From the NCBI GenBank assembly GCA_031429135.1, contig JANOYZ010000136.1, positions 1-42,424 on the forward strand: a DNA stretch of 42,424 nucleotides. The letters run 5' to 3'. How positions within the stretch are numbered: position 1 is the stretch's first letter; each line of letters opens with the position of its first letter. Under the pieces are notes generated by a model that searched no databases, was not told the origin of the DNA, and saw nothing but the letters and a program-made list of their open reading frames with translations. Below are positions 38,496 through 42,424 of this stretch, one piece after another. The translations under genes and the position numbers were made by a program. This stretch comes from Novosphingobium sp. (GTDB lineage: Bacteria > Pseudomonadota > Alphaproteobacteria > Sphingomonadales > Sphingomonadaceae).

Positions 38496-39410
38496 ATGGA
38501 CGTGTACCTCCCCATAGCCAACCTTGCGGTCAATCTGCTCGTTATTATCGGGCTGGGCGCAGTGACGGGTATCTTGTCCGGCATGTTCGGTGTCGGCGGC
38601 GGCTTTCTGACGACTCCGCTGCTGATCTTCTACGGGGTGCCCCCCACGGTCGCGGCGGCTTCTGCCGCCAGCCAGGTAACCGGCGCCAGCGTTTCGGGGG
38701 TGATCGCCCACAGCAAACGCGGCGGCGTGGATTACCAGATGGGCGGGGTGATGGTGGCGGGTGGCATCGTCGGCACCGGACTTGGCGCACTGTTGTTCAA
38801 CTTGTTCACGGCGCTGGGCCAGATCGATACGCTGATCAATGTGCTTTATGTTGGCCTGCTCGGCAGCATCGGCACTTTCATGGCGCGTGATGCCTGGCGC
38901 GCCTTGCAGGCCCAGCGCACCGGTGTGCCGCTCCCTGCGCGAAAACGACGCCACCATCCGCTGGTGGCCAGCCTGCCGATGCGCTGGCGCTTTTACCGCT
39001 CGGGGCTCTACATATCGCCATTGGCGCCGCTGTTGCTGGGCGTGTTGACCGGAATCCTCACCATGCTGATGGGCATTGGCGGCGGTTTCGTGCTGGTGCC
39101 GGCGATGCTCTATATTCTGGGCATGAGCGCCAATGTCGTGGTCGGCACATCGCTGTTCCAGATCCTGTTCACCACTATCGCCACCACCTTGATGCATGCG
39201 ATGACCACCCATGCCGTGGACATCGTGCTCGCCGTAGTGCTGCTGTTCGGCTCGGTTACGGGCGCTCAGTTAGGCGCGCGGCTGGCCTTGAGGGTTCCGC
39301 CTGAGCGTCTGCGCTTGACGCTGGCGATCCTGGTGCTGCTGGTGGCGTTGCGTATGGCGCTGGGGCTCACTTACCGGCCTGAAGCGATCTACACGCTGGC
39401 ACCATTATGA
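38496..39410 (+). CDS. Sulfite exporter TauE/SafE (TSUP) family membrane protein
   Basis: MDVYLPIA start, GMFGVGGGFLTTP, MGIGGGFVLVP, VVGTSLFQ. Confidence 0.92.
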   Translation: MDVYLPIANLAVNLLVIIGLGAVTGILSGMFGVGGGFLTTPLLIFYGVPPTVAAASAASQVTGASVSGVIAHSKRGGVDYQMGGVMVAGGIVGTGLGALLFNLFTALGQIDTLINVLYVGLLGSIGTFMARDAWRALQAQRTGVPLPARKRRHHPLVASLPMRWRFYRSGLYISPLAPLLLGVLTGILTMLMGIGGGFVLVPAMLYILGMSANVVVGTSLFQILFTTIATTLMHAMTTHAVDIVLAVVLLFGSVTGAQLGARLALRVPPERLRLTLAILVLLVALRMALGLTYRPEAIYTLAPL

Positions 39411-40162
39411 GGATTTTGTTCACCATCCTGTGCCTGATCATGCTGGGCGGTGCGGCCAATGATCCGATCCTCGTGCCGGAGGTGTCGCAGCACGAGGTTG
39501 AGGTGCGGCAGGGCTTCAATGGCACCGAACTGCTGCTTTATGGCGCAATTCTTGATCCGCAGGGCATTCGGGCGGGGCGTGACTACGATATTGTCGTCGT
39601 GCTCAAGGGGCCGACAAGCTCTATCGTTGTGCGGGAAAAGCGACGCTTTGCCGGGATCTGGATCAATGGGGCCAGCAGCGAGTTCCGCTCTGCGCCGGGC
39701 TATTACGCGGTTGCTGCCAGCCGTCCGATCAAGGATATCGTCAATGACCGGACGGCGGCGATTTACGAGATGGGGCTGCCTTTCCTGCAACTCTCGCCGA
39801 TTGGCGCGATTGATCCGGCCAAGCAGCAGAGATTTTCCTCCGGGCTGGTCGGCGAGATGCAGAAGGACGGTCTCTATCAACAGAACGATCACGGCGTGAC
39901 GGTGAGCGAGCAGGTGCTTTACCAGGCGCATATCCGCCTGCCGTCCAGCGTGCCCGTGGGCATGTATACCGCCGAGACGCTTGCCGTTTCACGCGGGCGG
40001 GTAGTGGCCTCGGCGATTGCCCGGGTTGAGGTCAAGAAGCAGGGTTTTGAGCGTATTATTGCCGAATTCGCCGAGGCTTATGGCCTGCTCTACGGCTTGC
40101 TTGCGGTTGCCGTTTCGGTGGCCATGGGGCTCACGGCAGGGCGCCTGTTCAGCCGGACTTAG
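39407..40162 (+). CDS. TIGR02186-like protein (signal peptide, periplasmic domain, C-terminal TM)
   Basis: FNGTELLLYGAI, VREKRRFAGIWIN, APGYYAVAAS, VKKQGFE, LYGLLAV; ATGA overlap with TSUP. Confidence 0.85.
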   Translation: MRILFTILCLIMLGGAANDPILVPEVSQHEVEVRQGFNGTELLLYGAILDPQGIRAGRDYDIVVVLKGPTSSIVVREKRRFAGIWINGASSEFRSAPGYYAVAASRPIKDIVNDRTAAIYEMGLPFLQLSPIGAIDPAKQQRFSSGLVGEMQKDGLYQQNDHGVTVSEQVLYQAHIRLPSSVPVGMYTAETLAVSRGRVVASAIARVEVKKQGFERIIAEFAEAYGLLYGLLAVAVSVAMGLTAGRLFSRT

Positions 40163-40188
40163 CGGTATATTAACGAGTTAACCCTAAC
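40159..40188. promoter_or_regulatory. Putative CtrA binding site
   Basis: TTAG-cggtata-TTAAC (one mismatch to TTAA-N7-TTAAC) plus further TTAAC and CTAAC half-sites in an AT-rich gap upstream of the ATPase. Confidence 0.5.
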
Positions 40189-40222
40189 TCGATCCAGTGT
40201 AGCAAGGGGTGCGAGTTAGCTG

Positions 40223-41932
40223 ATGATGTCTGACATGAGCTCAACGGGTTTTGATCGAACGACACTTTCGGGTGCCGCTGATTTTAGCCCCGCAGACATG
40301 GGCCTCGCGCCCGAATCGCTGCAAATCGACAATGCGCTGGAGCCAATCGGCGTCATTCAGGAAATTGCCGGCTCAAGCTCTGCCATCTCGCTTGATCTGC
40401 AGCGGCTGATCGAATGCGCAACCGATAGCGATCCTTCGGTCGCGCTTGCCGGGCAAGTCGGTAGCCAGATCAAGATCCGCGTCGGGCGTGGCTGGCTACT
40501 CGCCAACGTACGCAGCCAGCGCTCGGACAACACCATAGCCGGCGGTATTCACGCGCAGATCGACTTTCTGGGCGAAGGTGATGAAGAACGGCTGACAGGG
40601 CGCATCCATGGCTTCCGCCGCGGCGTCACCTGCTATCCGATCCCCGGCGCGCTGGTCTATCCCGCCACCACCAGTGATCTGCGCCAGATCTATGCCAGCG
40701 ACGGACGCTCATCGATCCAGGTTGGCACGGTGTTTCCGACGCGCGATATCCGCGCCGGAATTTACATTGATGCACTGCTGGGCAAGCACTTCGCCCTGCT
40801 CGGTTCAACCGGCACCGGCAAATCGACCAGCGCCGCGCTGATCCTGCATCGCATATGCGAGGCCTCGCCGCAGGGCCATATCGTAATGATCGATCCGCAC
40901 GGTGAATATGCAGCTGCGTTCCGCACCACCGGCACCATTTTTGACGTTTCCAACCTGGCCATGCCCTATTGGCTGATGAACTTTGAAGAGCACTGCGAAG
41001 CCATGCTCACCGGGGCTGGCCATGAACGGCAGGAAGATGCCAACATTCTTGCACGGTGCCTGTTGCAGGCGCGGATGAAAAACCGCCTGGCCGAATCGAT
41101 GGGGCGAATTACCGTCGATTCGCCGATTCCCTATGTGCTGTCAGACCTGACCACGATCCTGCAGAACGAAGCCGGCAAGCTCGACAAATCGACGACTTCC
41201 GCACCCTATATGCGTATCAAGACCAAGATTGACGAATTGCGCCTCGATCCGCGTTACCAGTTCATGTTTTCAGGCATGCTGGTGACCGACACCATGGCCG
41301 ATTTCATCTCCAAGATCTTCCGTATGCCCGCCGATGGCAAACCGATCTCGATCATTGACGTGTCTGGTGTGCCTTCGGAAATCACCTCCACCGTGGTCGC
41401 CGTTCTGTCACGGCTGGTGTTCGATTTTGCCATCTGGGGCCGCGATGAAAAGCATCGCCCAATCCTGCTCGTCTGCGAAGAGGCGCACCGTTATGTGCCT
41501 AACGAAAAGAACGCTGATGGATCGTCGGTTGGCCGCATCCTGTCGCGCATCGCCAAGGAAGGCCGCAAATACGGCATTTCGCTCGGGCTGATTACCCAGC
41601 GCCCATCCGATCTGGCCGAAGGTGTGCTCTCACAATGCGGCACGATCCTGTCGATGCGCCTCAACAATGATCGCGATCAGGCTTTCGTAAAAGCCGCCAT
41701 GCCCGAAGGTTCGCGCGGCTTCCTCGATTCGATCCCGGCGCTGCGCAACCGCGAATGCATCATCTGCGGCGAGGGTGTTTCCATCCCGATGCGCGTCACC
41801 TTTGATGATCTCGACGAGATGAAGCGTCCGGCCAGCGCCGATCCCTCATTCGCCGACCTGTGGCGCACTTCCGGCGGCGAGGAAGCAGCGGTAGAACGCA
41901 TCGTCATGCGCTGGCGCGCGCAAGGCAGATAG
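40223..41932 (+). CDS. HerA/FtsK-superfamily (DUF87) ATPase with N-terminal HAS-barrel-like domain
   Basis: KHFALLGSTGTGKS Walker A, IDPHGEY, IIDVSG, LLVCEEAHRY Walker B, IAKEGRKYG arginine finger, TQRPS, SQCGT. Confidence 0.92.
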   Translation: MMSDMSSTGFDRTTLSGAADFSPADMGLAPESLQIDNALEPIGVIQEIAGSSSAISLDLQRLIECATDSDPSVALAGQVGSQIKIRVGRGWLLANVRSQRSDNTIAGGIHAQIDFLGEGDEERLTGRIHGFRRGVTCYPIPGALVYPATTSDLRQIYASDGRSSIQVGTVFPTRDIRAGIYIDALLGKHFALLGSTGTGKSTSAALILHRICEASPQGHIVMIDPHGEYAAAFRTTGTIFDVSNLAMPYWLMNFEEHCEAMLTGAGHERQEDANILARCLLQARMKNRLAESMGRITVDSPIPYVLSDLTTILQNEAGKLDKSTTSAPYMRIKTKIDELRLDPRYQFMFSGMLVTDTMADFISKIFRMPADGKPISIIDVSGVPSEITSTVVAVLSRLVFDFAIWGRDEKHRPILLVCEEAHRYVPNEKNADGSSVGRILSRIAKEGRKYGISLGLITQRPSDLAEGVLSQCGTILSMRLNNDRDQAFVKAAMPEGSRGFLDSIPALRNRECIICGEGVSIPMRVTFDDLDEMKRPASADPSFADLWRTSGGEEAAVERIVMRWRAQGR

Positions 41933-41934
41933 GT

Positions 41935-42424
41935 TCAGGCCGAATAGGCCGCATCCCGGTTTTTCCGCCATGACCCGCGTGTATAGAGCAGCCAGGTCAG
42001 CAGTGCCGACATGCAAGAGGCGACCGGGAACGACCACCACAGCGCATCGCTGCCAAGGCTCGGATAGGCCAGGAAGTAAAAGCCCAGCCGCACCGGATAG
42101 AGCGTGATCGCCTGCAAGATCAGCGGCAGCCAGACCACGCCATAGGCCCGCATCGTGCCGCCGACGACCATCGAGGCACCCATCACCAGGAAGCTCCAGG
42201 TGACCAGATACTGGATGTGCTGCGCAATCGGCAGGGCCGGGCTTTCGCTGCCGAGGAACAGCGCGAGCAGCGGGCGATCGAACGCCAGCAGCAGCGCAGT
42301 CAGCACCCCGGTCATCGCCACGTTGCCGATCACCCCGGCGCGCATGATCCCGCCGAGCCGCGCGGGCAGCTTCGCGCCGATCGCCTGCGCGGCCATCGCG
42401 CTGACCGCCGCGCCGATCGCCATT
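41935..42424 (-). CDS. MATE family efflux transporter, C-terminal part (5' end outside window)
   Basis: AVSAMAAQAIGA, PLLALFL, GTMRAYG, YPVRLGF, ALWWSFPV. Confidence 0.8.
   Translation of the reverse strand, partial: MAIGAAVSAMAAQAIGAKLPARLGGIMRAGVIGNVAMTGVLTALLLAFDRPLLALFLGSESPALPIAQHIQYLVTWSFLVMGASMVVGGTMRAYGVVWLPLILQAITLYPVRLGFYFLAYPSLGSDALWWSFPVASCMSALLTWLLYTRGSWRKNRDAAYSA

Noticed and set aside
40223-41932. HerA as part of a known anti-phage system (Sir2-HerA, DUF4297-HerA) or a conjugative VirB4/VirD4
   Set aside because: No effector nuclease, Sir2 or T4SS genes adjacent; genome-like composition

Overview
GC-rich alphaproteobacterial chromosome window, most consistent with Sphingomonadales (Novosphingobium/Erythrobacter-like gene content and order; inference). 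Mostly housekeeping: nudC-serine hydrolase-mutY, DUF721(DciA)-dsbA-dsbA-smc, DUF1674, RsmB-type methyltransferase, msrA, aguB-folK-tRNA-Lys(UUU), cfa-like, GDT1, SDR, rlmN, greB, dapA, lepA. Points of interest: (1) a five-gene co-directional envelope locus (NfrB-like GT2 synthase with no C-terminal regulatory domains, Pro-linker plus putative beta-barrel protein, TSUP transporter, TIGR02186-like protein, HerA-like ATPase with a near-consensus CtrA box), a candidate uncharacterised surface-glycan system; (2) a fused Type IIG-like restriction-modification gene with an AT-rich, apparently swapped C-terminal specificity region and a small downstream partner ORF, next to lepA; (3) an Slt70-like lytic transglycosylase interrupted by one in-frame TAA; (4) four copies of a modular intergenic palindromic repeat with compensatory base changes and a GANTC site; (5) a perfect 32-bp loopless palindrome after the tRNA and a CTAG-bounded 15-bp inverted repeat. 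No CRISPR array, rRNA, integrase or transposase seen. All family calls come from motif recognition by eye, not database searches.
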